Source: Podarcis bocagei
Lineage: Eukaryota
DNA: 64,000 bases
Assembly: GCA_964188305.1 (NCBI GenBank)
Contig: OZ076886.1
Strand: one strand, 5' to 3'
Each line of letters opens with the position of its first letter. The stretch's first letter is position 1. The position numbers were made by a program, and so were the translations under genes. Below the pieces are notes generated by a model. It ran no database searches and was not told the DNA's origin. It saw nothing but the letters and a program-made list of their open reading frames with translations. Positions 49,579 through 59,990 of this stretch are shown piece after piece.

Positions 49579-49733
49579 CATGAGCATAGCCAGGATTTAT
49601 GTTGCAGCGGGTAAGGCTTTTGTTAGGGGCAAGGCACATCTGAGCTTTCTGTAACACGATTGGTCAGTTAAGTTTTTATTATTATTTATTTACTTGATGG
49701 GGGCTGGCAGCTGCCTCCCTGGCTAGGCCCATG
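49579..49733. mobile_element. hAT-type MITE
   Basis: TIR CATGAGCATAGCCAGG / CCTGGCTAGGCCCATG; TSD CACAGGTA at 49571-49578 and 49734-49741. Confidence 0.85.
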
Positions 49734-49741
49734 CACAGGTA

Positions 49742-49983
49742 CAGTGGTACCTCGGGCTACATATGCTTCAGGTTACATATGCTTCAGGTGACAGTCTCTG
49801 CTAACTCAGAAATAGTACCTTGGGTTAAGAACTTTGCTTCAGGATGAGAACAGAAATCGTGCTCCGGCGGCGCGGCAGCAGCGGGAGGCCCCATTAGCTA
49901 AAGTGGTGCTTCAGGTTAAGAACAGTTTCAGGTTAAGAACGGACCTCCAGAACGAATTAAGCACTTAACCTGAAGTACCGCTG
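49742..49983. mobile_element. Tc1/mariner MITE, family A
   Basis: TA-CAGTGGTACCTCGGG...GAAGTACCGCTG-TA. Confidence 0.9.
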
Positions 49984-50928
49984 TATTCATATCATTCTGA
50001 CATCTGACTTCAGCTCTTTTGCTATCTTTCCTTCTTAAATAGTTCCTAATAGCTCTTCCTGTGGCACCTCTTACTCATTTTTTCTTTCCTGTACACATGC
50101 TCTCCCCACCCCACCCCAAACAATCACATTCATCTCTTCCAACAAAAAGTGGTTTAAATAATGTATAATTTAAGGCTCTTTTATGCACTTTCATGCTATC
50201 AATTATGTATATCGGATGCTGGAAGTATTTGTTAATATTTCCTTGTTGTTGTTATGGTTGGTACTTCCTCCTCCCTGCCTCCTTCCATTTTTCGATGCTC
50301 AATGCATTTAGTACCAGAGGGGTGTTCGAAAATTTCCTTTGGAAATTGAAATATATCAACAGCATGCTGTAGGTATAGGAAAAGCTTTAAAATCTAAGAA
50401 AGTATGTCTTAAACAATCCAATTTCCAGCAAGGCTGGAATCATAAACACAGAGAGAGCTGATTTCCCTATTTAGAAAACATGCATGGCACAGCTCACCTG
50501 AGATTGTATCACTCCAGACTGCTGCTGTAAGTTGTTTGAACACAGCCCTGCCCCCCCCCATGTAAAAAGAATCTCCTGGGAATATAGAAATATAGTCTTC
50601 TCAGAGGGAAGACTAAACTATAATTCTTTTCTCGTACTTGCTAGCTTTTCATCAATGGCTATTAGCTATGATGACTATGTTTTCCTCTGCCAGAGGCATT
50701 ATGCCTCTTGCTGGGAATAACAGGTGGGCAGAGTGCTGTTGAACTCATGTCCAGTTTGCAGGCGTCCCATATGTTGGCCACTGTGAGAACAGAATGCTAG
50801 ACTAGATGGGCCATTGGCCATTGGCCTGGTACAGCAGCTGCTCTGATGTTCTTCTGTTATGTTCTTTTTCCATTCAGGTTTTTCCCAGTCTGTGATTCCT
50901 CACCTGGGTTCAAACAATGGTGGTAGAC

Positions 50929-51262
50929 CAGGGGTCAGCAAACTTTTTCAACCATGGGCCGGTCCACCATCCCTCAGACCATGTGGTGGGCCGGACTGTA
51001 TTGGGGGGAGGGGAGGTATGAATTCCTATGCCCCACAAATAACCCAGAGGTGTATTTTAAATAAAAGCACACATTCTACTCATGTAAAAACACCAGGCAG
51101 GCCCTACAAATAATCCAGAGATGCATTTTAGAAGACATCTGAAGGCAGCCCTGTTTAGGGAAGCTTTTAATGTTTAATAGACTATTGTATTTTAATATTC
51201 TGTTGGAAGCTACCCAGAGTGGCTGGGGAAACCCAGCCAGATGGGCGGGGTATAATTAATAA

Positions 51263-51324
<62 letters not shown>

Positions 51325-51437
51325 AAGGACACATTCTACTCATGTAAAAACATGCTGATTTCTGGACTGTCCATGGGCAGGATTGAGAAGGCAATTGGGC
51401 TGCATCCGGCCCCTGGGCCTTAGGTTGCCTACCCCTG
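50929..51437 (+). mobile_element. hAT MITE containing an L2 3' insertion
   Basis: CAGGGGTCAGCAA...TTGCCTACCCCTG; TSD TGGTAGAC at 50921-50928 and 51438-51445. Confidence 0.92.
51131..51322 (+). mobile_element. L2 3' end with (TTA)n tail
   Basis: AGACATCTGAAGGCAGCCCTGTTTAGGGAAG, then the stem-loop and (TTA)n. Confidence 0.9.
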
Positions 51438-51890
51438 TGGTAGACGCATGCATTTTTCTGACTGTGAAGTCCTGGGGTGGGAAGTTTTGGTGCACTCCAA
51501 ATGTTGGTGGGCTACAACTTCCCTGATCATTTCCCATACTGCCTGAGTCTAATGAGAGTTCAACACCAAATGAAGGCCCACAGGTCCCCCACCCTTGCTG
51601 TAGACAAACGAGAACACATGGTCTTTTAGTTCATTCCTCTGTCATGAGAAAACACCATCTATTTCCCAGCCCTTCTGCAAATAAACACATTCAATCCACA
51701 TTACAGTTGTGTTAAGAGCCAGGAGCAGATGGAGCCTGCAGACACAAGTATGGCAGCTGTTTGAAGCAAGAGGGTCAATCAACAAATTTTAATGGAAGCG
51801 AAAACAAAACAAAAAACCCCCACATCCCTTCTCTTTTACTTTCTTGTGTGATGGGGGTAGGGGGACTGCTTCTCAACCTTAAATATGCTG

Positions 51891-52719
51891 ATCATAGAAT
51901 TGTAGAGATGGAAGTGACCTCAAGGGTCATCAAGTCCAACCCTCTGCAATGCAGGAATCTTTCACCCAACATGGGGCTCAAACCCTAGCTTGCACCCGTC
52001 TGTCTCAGGAGACAATGGAAGACTGTGCCTTTGGGGGTGAAGTCAAGCTGTTGGAAGGTTGCAGCAGCTTCTGTGGCTATAGAGACTGATATGGGAGAGA
52101 AATGTTTGGTTGCACCTGGGGCAAAGGAAGGTGTTTGTTTGTGCAGATGCACCATGACATTTTTTCTCTCTGCGCTTTTCCCAGCAGTCATTTCTCCTCT
52201 GGTCACTGCTATGGATACCGGACTTGCCTGCCTGTCTCCAGGCACTGTGGTCGTCTGCAAGGGATTCGCACATGGCATTATCGATGTTGTCAGCCTTCAT
52301 GTCACGTTTGCAGACATCTTTGTAATGCAGAGTTGGTCTGCCAACAGCTCCCTGTGGAGCATGTCCTTGGGGAATCCTACCATCTTCCATTCTGTGGACA
52401 TGACCAAGCCAGTGTAGACATTGCTGAGACAAGAGTGTGAACATCCAGGGAATGTGGGCTTGGGGGAGCACATCTTTGTTTGGAATTCTGTCCTGCCATG
52501 TGATACCCAAAATCCTCTTGATGCACAGCATATGGAAGGCATTGAGTTGTCACTCCTGACAGTTGTAAGTTGTCCATTACTCACTTCCATAAAGCAGCAT
52601 GCTCAATACACAAGCCTGGCAGGCCTAATCCAACCCCCTGCAATGCAGGAATCTTTCACCCAACATGGGGTTTGCCCCCACAACCCTGAGAGTCAGTCTC
52701 ATGCTCTACTGACTGAGCT
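51891..52719 (-). mobile_element. tRNA-Lys-headed, CR1-tailed SINE pieces (51891-51986 and 52627-52719) flanking an RTE fragment
   Basis: Minus strand AGCTCAGTCAGTAGAGCATGAGACT..CTCAGGGTTGTGGG...CCCCATGTTGGGTG resembles tRNA-Lys(CTT), followed by the CR1 tail GATTCCTGCATTGCAG..GGTTGGAC..TTCTATGA. Confidence 0.75.
51993..52620 (-). mobile_element. RTE-clade LINE 3' fragment (not BovB)
   Basis: IKRILGITWQDRIPN, LHWLGHVHRMEDGRIP, GRPTLHYKDVCKRDMK and a terminal C..C...SH zinc-finger-like motif. Confidence 0.85.
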
Positions 52720-54912
52720 GTGTGGACCAGCCAGACTTGAAGCAGAAGCAAGAGACCTTCACAAAATTCTGGTGATCATAATGCATGGACACTACAGAAG
52801 AACCCCGTGATTTTTCAGTAGTTGTCCAGAACCTGAATTTCAATAATGACAACTTTTCTAAGCATTGATATGTTAGCACCTGAATGTCCATCTGTTTGGA
52901 CAATTCCCCAGTTTCCCCATCATTCGAGGTGCCATTGCCCAGAACCAAACAACTTCATATGCTCACTCTTCCTAAAAAGTGGTAAAAATCTCCAAGCCTT
53001 TTCTCATAATGTCCAGAAAGCCCTGACTATTCAGAAGGCACAGGGTTCACTGACCATCAGCTCTGAAGTCTCCTCTGTGGTTCAGCTAATGGCTGATCAG
53101 CCAAGCCACAGGCTGGCTGGCACTGGCCAGGCACTGGTTCAGCTGATAGTGTCTTTTGGGGTTAATTAGCAGGCTTTTAAAGTTGACAGTTAATTCTTTT
53201 TAATTGATTGCTAACACCAATTTATCAGTTAAATCTTCTAGCCCAAATCAAAAGCTCTCACAATGGCAACCCCTCCACGTTCTTCCATAATGATGCCCCA
53301 AAGTTAATCTTGATAATAAAAATGATAAACAGTGAGCCAATTAACCACAACAGTGATATGAGCTCTTTTGATGTGGGTACCTCCTCCTTGCAACTAGAAT
53401 GAGCACAAAGCTCACTTAAACTGTTTCTCATCAGCTGCTGGACAGCCATTGGAAAGTATTGGCATTCTGTCACTCCCAATGTAGGCCAAGTTCTAATTGG
53501 TGACCTGAGAAGTGAAAGGTTCCTTCCTTTATTAAAGAGTTCCTGAATTAGTCACGCTTTCAGAGAAGCAGACTACTAAGTGCTTGATTTCTCTGAGATT
53601 TTCCCTCATACCTTCAAGTTTTGGCAGAGAGCATCTCTGTTCATCCCAGAATCTTTGTGTGTACCAGGGCTATTTATATTCTTAAATATATCTAAATGTA
53701 AAAAAAACAACCCACAGGCACTGATCTTTTGTTTGTGACCACTAGTGTTATAAGATATATATGTTCCAGAAAGAGTAGTGGTATAGAAGGAATCCAGCTC
53801 ACAATCCACACCCTTCCATTGTTTCATCCCACTGAGTAATGCCAAAATGGAAGTTCCCAGGCTGTAGAAATGCAGAGGAAGCTGCTGTGGTTTATTGCGT
53901 GTGTTGAGTACCCAGTGCATCTACTTTGGGGCAGATGCTTGATTTACACAACATGTATGATTTAAATTCCAATCTGGTTTTCTAGCTACCGTGCTTGGTT
54001 GTTACCAATGTGCCTAAATTCCCACATGGATCAGTTCCGTCTCCTTAGAGCTGAATGCTATGCTTTGGAATTTGCTGAGTTTGCAGTATCAGATTATTGA
54101 AATCAGTAAGATGTGACTTTGAATTTTGTGAGGGATGGCGAGGGAACCAGAAGATTAGTAGGATATTGTGGTGCCAGTAATTAAGAACCCTGCTCAAAAA
54201 ACTCTGGTACCGTTCTTAAAAGTCGCAATTCACTCACCATGTTTTCCACATGTTTATCCTGGACTGGAATACATTCCTTCTTATCACACTTACGTCACAG
54301 GCTTTTTGTGTTTTCTCTGCATCTGATTCTCAGGGTGCTTAAAACCTTTTCTACCAAAGCAAAGGCCATGATGTCAGCTTTTAGACTAAGGCCCATTTAA
54401 ATATTTTAATCTCCTCTCTACTGGTAACAGTGTGTTTTCTTGGAATACTGAAATACACATAATAGATCACAATAATTCTGCAATTCTATACTGTGAATAT
54501 AACAACAACAATCTTTATTATGGTCCAGAGACCCAACAAAACGTTACAAATCAATACACAGTTCATACTATTCTGTGAATATATCTTGCATTTATGCCTT
54601 GACAACTAATGTGCATGCACATTGTTAAAGAAAATTCTGGGTTGAGAGACTACTCAACAGCCCAGCTCGTCGGGGTACAAGTCCCCCATGGGTCCATGAG
54701 GTCAGTAAAAGAAGGAAATTCCAGCCAAGTAATTTGGAGCAAAACAGCAGTCAGTAGATTTAGATCCTTTATTGATGTGCAATAGGTTCAAACAGCAGTA
54801 AGAACACTGAGCATGGGGCGACATTCACTTTTAAAACTTTTTAAACTTTCCTACCATATCCCAGAATACAGTTCACACAGCATCATCAATACATCATTGC
54901 TACATCACAAAA

Positions 54913-54913
<1 letters not shown>

Positions 54914-54961
<48 letters not shown>

Positions 54962-55042
54962 TTATTATTTATACCCCGCCCATCTGGCTGGGTTTCCCCA
55001 GCCACTCTGGGCGGCTTCCAAAAGAATATTAAAATACTATGG
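54914..55042 (-). mobile_element. L2 3' UTR and tail
   Basis: (AAT)n plus the stem-loop; flanks TACATCACAAAAAT / TACATCAAAAAT. Confidence 0.88.
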
Positions 55043-55139
55043 TACATCAAAAATGTCAGAAAGGGGAGGGTGAGACAAGATTAACATAGGCAAATGTGTC
55101 AGGGCAACACCCAAGTATAAGATTAGCATAGGCAAACAT

Positions 55140-55140
<1 letters not shown>

Positions 55141-55199
<59 letters not shown>

Positions 55200-56398
55200 T
55201 CTTTATTGTCATTGCCCCCTCTCGGGGACAACGAAATTACTTGGCTGCTCCATCCACCCAGGTAGGGCACTCCAGACAAAATCAAATCAACTATAAAAAC
55301 ACTAATTAAAACAATACAGTATAAAACAGCAAGGAAGATTAGATGACTTTCAAAGTCCAGGCTTCCCATTCAGGGCCGAGATCGCTCTGGGGAAGAAGCT
55401 GTTCTTAAGACGGCTTGTTCTTGTCTTCATCGTCCTGTATCTCCGTCCCGACGGCAGGAGCTCGAAGAGACAGTGACCAGGATGTGATGGATCTTTTACT
55501 ATGTCCAGTGCCTTCCTATGGCACCTTGTGGCATAAATCTGCTCTAAGGTGGAGAGTGGGCAGCCAACAATGCTCTCTGCTGCCTTAACAACTCTGCACA
55601 ACCCCATCCTGTCCCGGGTAGTACAGCTTCCGTACCACACACATAAGCCATAAGTGAGCACGCTCTCAATGGCACAGTGATAGAAGGCAAGCAGCAGTTT
55701 CTGCGGAAGATGGTTTTTCCTTAGAATTCTCAAAAAGTACAGTCTCTGCTGCGCCTTCTTCACAAGCCCCCTTGTGTTGACACTCCAGGACAGATCCTCT
55801 TGTAATTCAATGCCCAAAAATCTGAACGTTGTTACCCTCTCCACACAGACCCCATCAATCAAAAGTGGCTGGACATTGCTCTTCTGTCTCCTGAAGTCCA
55901 CCACAAGCTCCTTTGTCTTCCTTGTATTTATGAGCAAGTTGTTAGCTCTGCACCACTCTGTCAGCCACTCCACCTCATCTCTATAGTCCGTTTCACCCTC
56001 CCTTTCAGAGATGAGCCCAATCACGGTTGTGTCATCTGCAAATTTGACAACCCTATTACTAGGGTGAGCAGCGACACAATCGTACGTGTAGAGAATATAA
56101 AGGAGCGGACTGAGTACGCATCCCTGTGGTGTTCCTGTGTTAGTCCTAAGCATACTAGAGGTATAAGGACCCAACCGAACCCTCTGGGGGCGGTCTGACA
56201 AAAAGTCCAATATCCACCCATAAAGTGATAACGGAAGCCCCAGATCTTCCAGTTTAGACATCAGACGTTGTGGTAGAATGGTATTAAATGCCGAGCTGAA
56301 ATCTAAAAAAAGCAGTCTGGCATAACCCCCCCCCCCACTGCTCCAAATGTGCAAGAACGGCATGGAGGGCAATCGCCACAGCGTCCTCTGTCGATCTT
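55141..56398 (-). mobile_element. 5'-truncated Rex1/Babar-clade LINE
   Basis: [72 protein letters not shown]; (ATT)n tail. Confidence 0.92.
55350..56325 (-). CDS. Rex1/Babar reverse transcriptase, partial
   Basis: Open frame from [11 protein letters not shown] to stop; FADD at 56031-56042; one frameshift in the C-run at ~56326-56337. Confidence 0.8.
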
Positions 56399-57014
56399 TT
56401 CATCTCAAGTACCCAGCACCCAAAAGTACAATAGAAATTCCTTTGCAGGTCTGGAGCCTGTGGCAAGTCCAGTGATGAGATTTGGCTTCCCTTGGCTAAC
56501 AATGAGTCCAGCAATTGTCACCTCAGGGCATTTCCTGGGGTAGGAGGCATGTATACATGTCTTCACATTTGGGGAGGTGGCAGGGAGAAGAGTCCTTTTT
56601 CCAAGGGCAAAATAGTGTTGGAATGGCGGAAACTGGCTAAGGAGTTGATTTTTATATGATTTTTAAAGCTAGGTATCTTCCCTGAGCCGTCAAGTCGAAA
56701 GGATACATTCAGGCATAATACTTGTAACATTTAACAACTTTAAAGATGTGCCCCCTGCTGTCACTTCCGTAACAACATTATATACATGTGGTGGGTAGAG
56801 TAGCGCAAATGCTTAGGAAGAGAGATTCCTAAACCAATACAGACTACAAAAGGGGTGAGATCTTTTGCTACAGAACAGTTTGGTCATCTATGCCAATTGT
56901 TAAAGAAAACACATTATCACCTGCCTGGTGTGGATGTCTGCTAGCATGCGTTTATCTTCACCCTCTGGATCAGCCTGCTATGGAGTTAAGAATTACTTTT
57001 AATTTTTTCTACAG

Positions 57015-57015
<1 letters not shown>

Positions 57016-57074
<59 letters not shown>

Positions 57075-57437
57075 TAAAATTTTATTATTTATACCCCGCC
57101 CATTTGGCTGGGTTTCCCCAGCCACTCTGGGTGGCTTACAACACATATAAAAACATAATAAAGCATCAAACAGTACAAACTTCCCGATACAGGGCTGCCT
57201 TCAGGTGTCTTCTAAAACTGTAGTTCTTTACCTCCTTGACATCTGAAGGGTGGGTGTTTCACAGGGAGGGTGCCACTACCGAGAAGGCCCTCCACCTGGT
57301 TCACTATTACTTCGCTTCTTGCAGTGAGGGAACCAGCAGAAGACCGTTGGAGGAGGACCTCAGTGTCCAGGCTAAATGATGGGAGTAGAGACACTCTTTC
57401 AGGTATACTGGGCCGAGGCCATTTAGGACTTTAAAGG
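57016..57437 (-). mobile_element. L2 3' fragment
   Basis: FKVLNGLGPVYLKE, stem-loop and (TTA)n tail. Confidence 0.9.
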
Positions 57438-57525
57438 TGTTACCGGAAAATCCGAGGGCTCCCTTGGATAAAAGTAAAGACACCAACCAGAGTAACTTGG
57501 AACAAATCAGCAGCCAGTCATCTGT
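57438..57525 (-). mobile_element. Truncated LTR terminus related to the 54623 LTR
   Basis: Starts TGTTA; CCAACCAGAGTAACTTGGAACAAATCAGCAGCCAGT resembles CCAGCCAAGTAATTTGGAGCAAAACAGCAGTCAGT at 54721-54755. Confidence 0.5.
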
Positions 57526-58905
57526 GAACCCATCCATATTCTTATGCGGCACCTAAATATTCTAGCACAAATGCCATGTTAATACTTTCACATCAATGGG
57601 GTAAATTTCTCTTGTGGGGAGAAGGGACAAGATATGACATAACACTGAACTGCTTAGAGGTTCTTAAATTCATGTTAAAGCTGTCTACAAATTATGTTAC
57701 ATAAAATAAAATAATATATTTAAGTTTTTTAATGCAATCACCTTTAAAGTTTCATTCACTGATTAGGTGTATGTCAGGAGAATTCTTACTGCATGCATGA
57801 TACATTTCTGTCATGGTTTTCACTCCTCCACCTTCCATCCTGATCCTTCAAGCTTACTCTCTCATCATTCCCTGCCAAAGTCATTGATAAAATGTGATCA
57901 AGGAGGTGAGCCATAGACATCTCTTGAAGCTTTCACTGAGAACTGACTGCAAAGCATGCTGGGAAGTATTGCAGACTGTTTGAGGGACAATAGTTCCAAA
58001 GAAAAATCCTCTAAGACCTAGACATGAAAAACTCTAGGGAGGCTCACATGTCTCTGAATCCTGTGACAAGCAGGATTCTTGGGATATCGTAGCTCCCTCA
58101 TAATGGTTGTACAACAAAAAGGTGGGGAAAAGCCACGGGGAAAGTTGCCTTGTGAAATCAATTCCCTGAAGGCACTCTAAGTTACTTTCTGCCCATTGTC
58201 AACATTGTCAACTGTTACAGATGTGGATTTTATTTTGTATGCAAATGTGAAGTAAGAAAAAAGAGATGTTTAAAGCTACACAGGTCTGATTACTAGGTGA
58301 TCTTTATAGTTACACTTAATTCTCTGTATGGCTTTGTCAGCCGTGCCATTGAAGATCTCAGAGCATCCCGAGACACTAATGGAGATTACGAGTCAATATT
58401 TAAATACTAGCCGCAGACAAGATCTAAGTAGCTTGTGAACTGCAAGTCTTTTGTAGAATTACTCTCTTTGAACCAGAAACCTAGTTTCCTTTTAAATGCT
58501 ACATTTACCCTCGGGGCTTTTTGCATTCCTATGACACTTGACCGATTGACTCTGTTATCTTCATCTTAGAACAAACAAACAAAAGCATTTTATTCCTTCC
58601 AGCCAAGTGTCATTCACACCCAGCAGTTCCTGGTGCAAGTTCTGGCCTTGTTTTTATGCCATTACTTTCCTAAACACACACACACACACACCGGATGTGC
58701 AGCTACCTGTGAGCCCTCATAAACCCATTCTTCTGCCTCCTTGCAATTGGCTGTTTTTCCAGAAGATCAAAGTGGATTTATAGTAAGTTCTTTCCCTAAA
58801 TAATTTAACATCTTGCTTTCCCAGGTTCCTTTCAATCAGATATAAAAGAATGCAAAGTCAGATAACTCAGCCCCCACTCCCACCAGCTTATAGTAATGAT
58901 AATTA

Positions 58906-58917
58906 TGACAGCTGTCA
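58906..58917. promoter_or_regulatory. Palindromic TALE (MEIS/PKNOX/TGIF) dimer motif
   Basis: Perfect TGACAGCTGTCA next to TAAT/ATTA sites in unique sequence. Confidence 0.4.
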
Positions 58918-59393
58918 AGCAACGTCTTGTGTTTGTTTTCTTCCTACTCTATTTGGTTGAAAGGTTGGGGGATCGGGTTAAGGAGCTATTCATCAGCTCT
59001 TATTTCCAAGTCTGGCTCATTTAATCAATTCCAAATAGATTTACAGAATATTGACTGCTCCGACAAAGTGTAATAAACAACTCATTGTTGACATCTGACC
59101 TATTATATGCCGGCTTCAACCTGGAATTTTGGACAATTATAAATTGTTAAGACAGCATGTATGTATTGGGTCTACTTTTGCTGATGAGAGATTTGAACAC
59201 TAGCAGTTAGGTCTGTTAACTGCTTTCTGTCCAGCATGGTTACTCATCCATGGAGAAGCAACACTAGATTTCTGAGGAACCTGACATACCGTATATTCAG
59301 AGGTATGTTCAAAGGAACAGGGAAATCAGGCATGCTAGTCAGAGAGTCACCCACAGGATTGTTTTCTGTTATTGTCAGCAGAGCACATGGAAC

Positions 59394-59532
59394 CATAGAA
59401 TTTTAGAATTGCGAGGGACCCTGAGAATCATCCAGTCCAACCCCCTGCAATGAAGGAATATGCAGCTGTCTCATACAGGGATTGAGCCTGCAACCTTGGT
59501 GTTATCAGCACCATGCTCTACCCAACTGAGCT
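59394..59532 (-). mobile_element. tRNA-Ile-headed, CR1-tailed SINE
   Basis: Minus strand AGCTCAGTTGGGTAGAGCATGGTGCTGATAACACCAAGGTTGCAGGCTCAATCCCTGTA resembles tRNA-Ile, followed by a CR1 tail. Confidence 0.8.
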
Positions 59533-59751
59533 CTCCATTCAGACCTGTATTATTATTTCCAATTTGATCACTTCCTAATTGATTGATTGTCTCAGGAGGC
59601 ATTTCAAAGTTTAGATGCAACTTAATACACATTAGCATCCCTGGCAGGGAAAAAAACCTCAATCAACGCAAAGACAGCACAGCTTGCTTAGCTGTGAAAG
59701 TTACATAGTGCCTGGTATATTTTGACTGGCTTGAGAAGCCATCTGACAGTA

Positions 59752-59990
59752 CAGTGGTACCTCGGGTTAAGTACTTAATTCGTTCCGGAGGTCGGTTCTT
59801 AAGCTGAAACTGTTCTTAACCTGAAGCACCACTTTAGCCAATGGGGCCTCCTGCTGCCACGCTGCCAGAGCACAATTTCTGTTCTCATCCTGAAACAAAG
59901 TTCTTAACCTGAGGTACTCTTTCTGGGTTAGCAGAGTTTGTAACCTGAAGCGTCTGTAACCTGAAGCATCTGTAACCTGAGGTACCACTG
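59752..59990. mobile_element. Tc1/mariner MITE, family A
   Basis: TA-CAGTGGTACCTCGGGTTA...TAACCTGAGGTACCACTG-TA. Confidence 0.92.

Larger units (their letters stand above)
54623..56774 (-). mobile_element. Solo LTR (~760 bp after removing inserts) hosting L2 and Rex1 insertions
   Basis: TGTTA...TAACA termini, 4-bp TSD ACAT at 54619-54622 and 56775-56778, minus-strand AATAAA at ~54768-54773. Confidence 0.7.

Noticed and set aside
54294-54350. 57-nt minus-strand exon candidate ending at GTAAGT
   Set aside because: Weak acceptor and unrecognised peptide; expected by chance in 64 kb.
59466-59532. tRNA genes (Ile-like here, Lys-like at 52660-52719)
   Set aside because: Degenerate stems and B boxes, fused to CR1 tails, so they are SINE heads.
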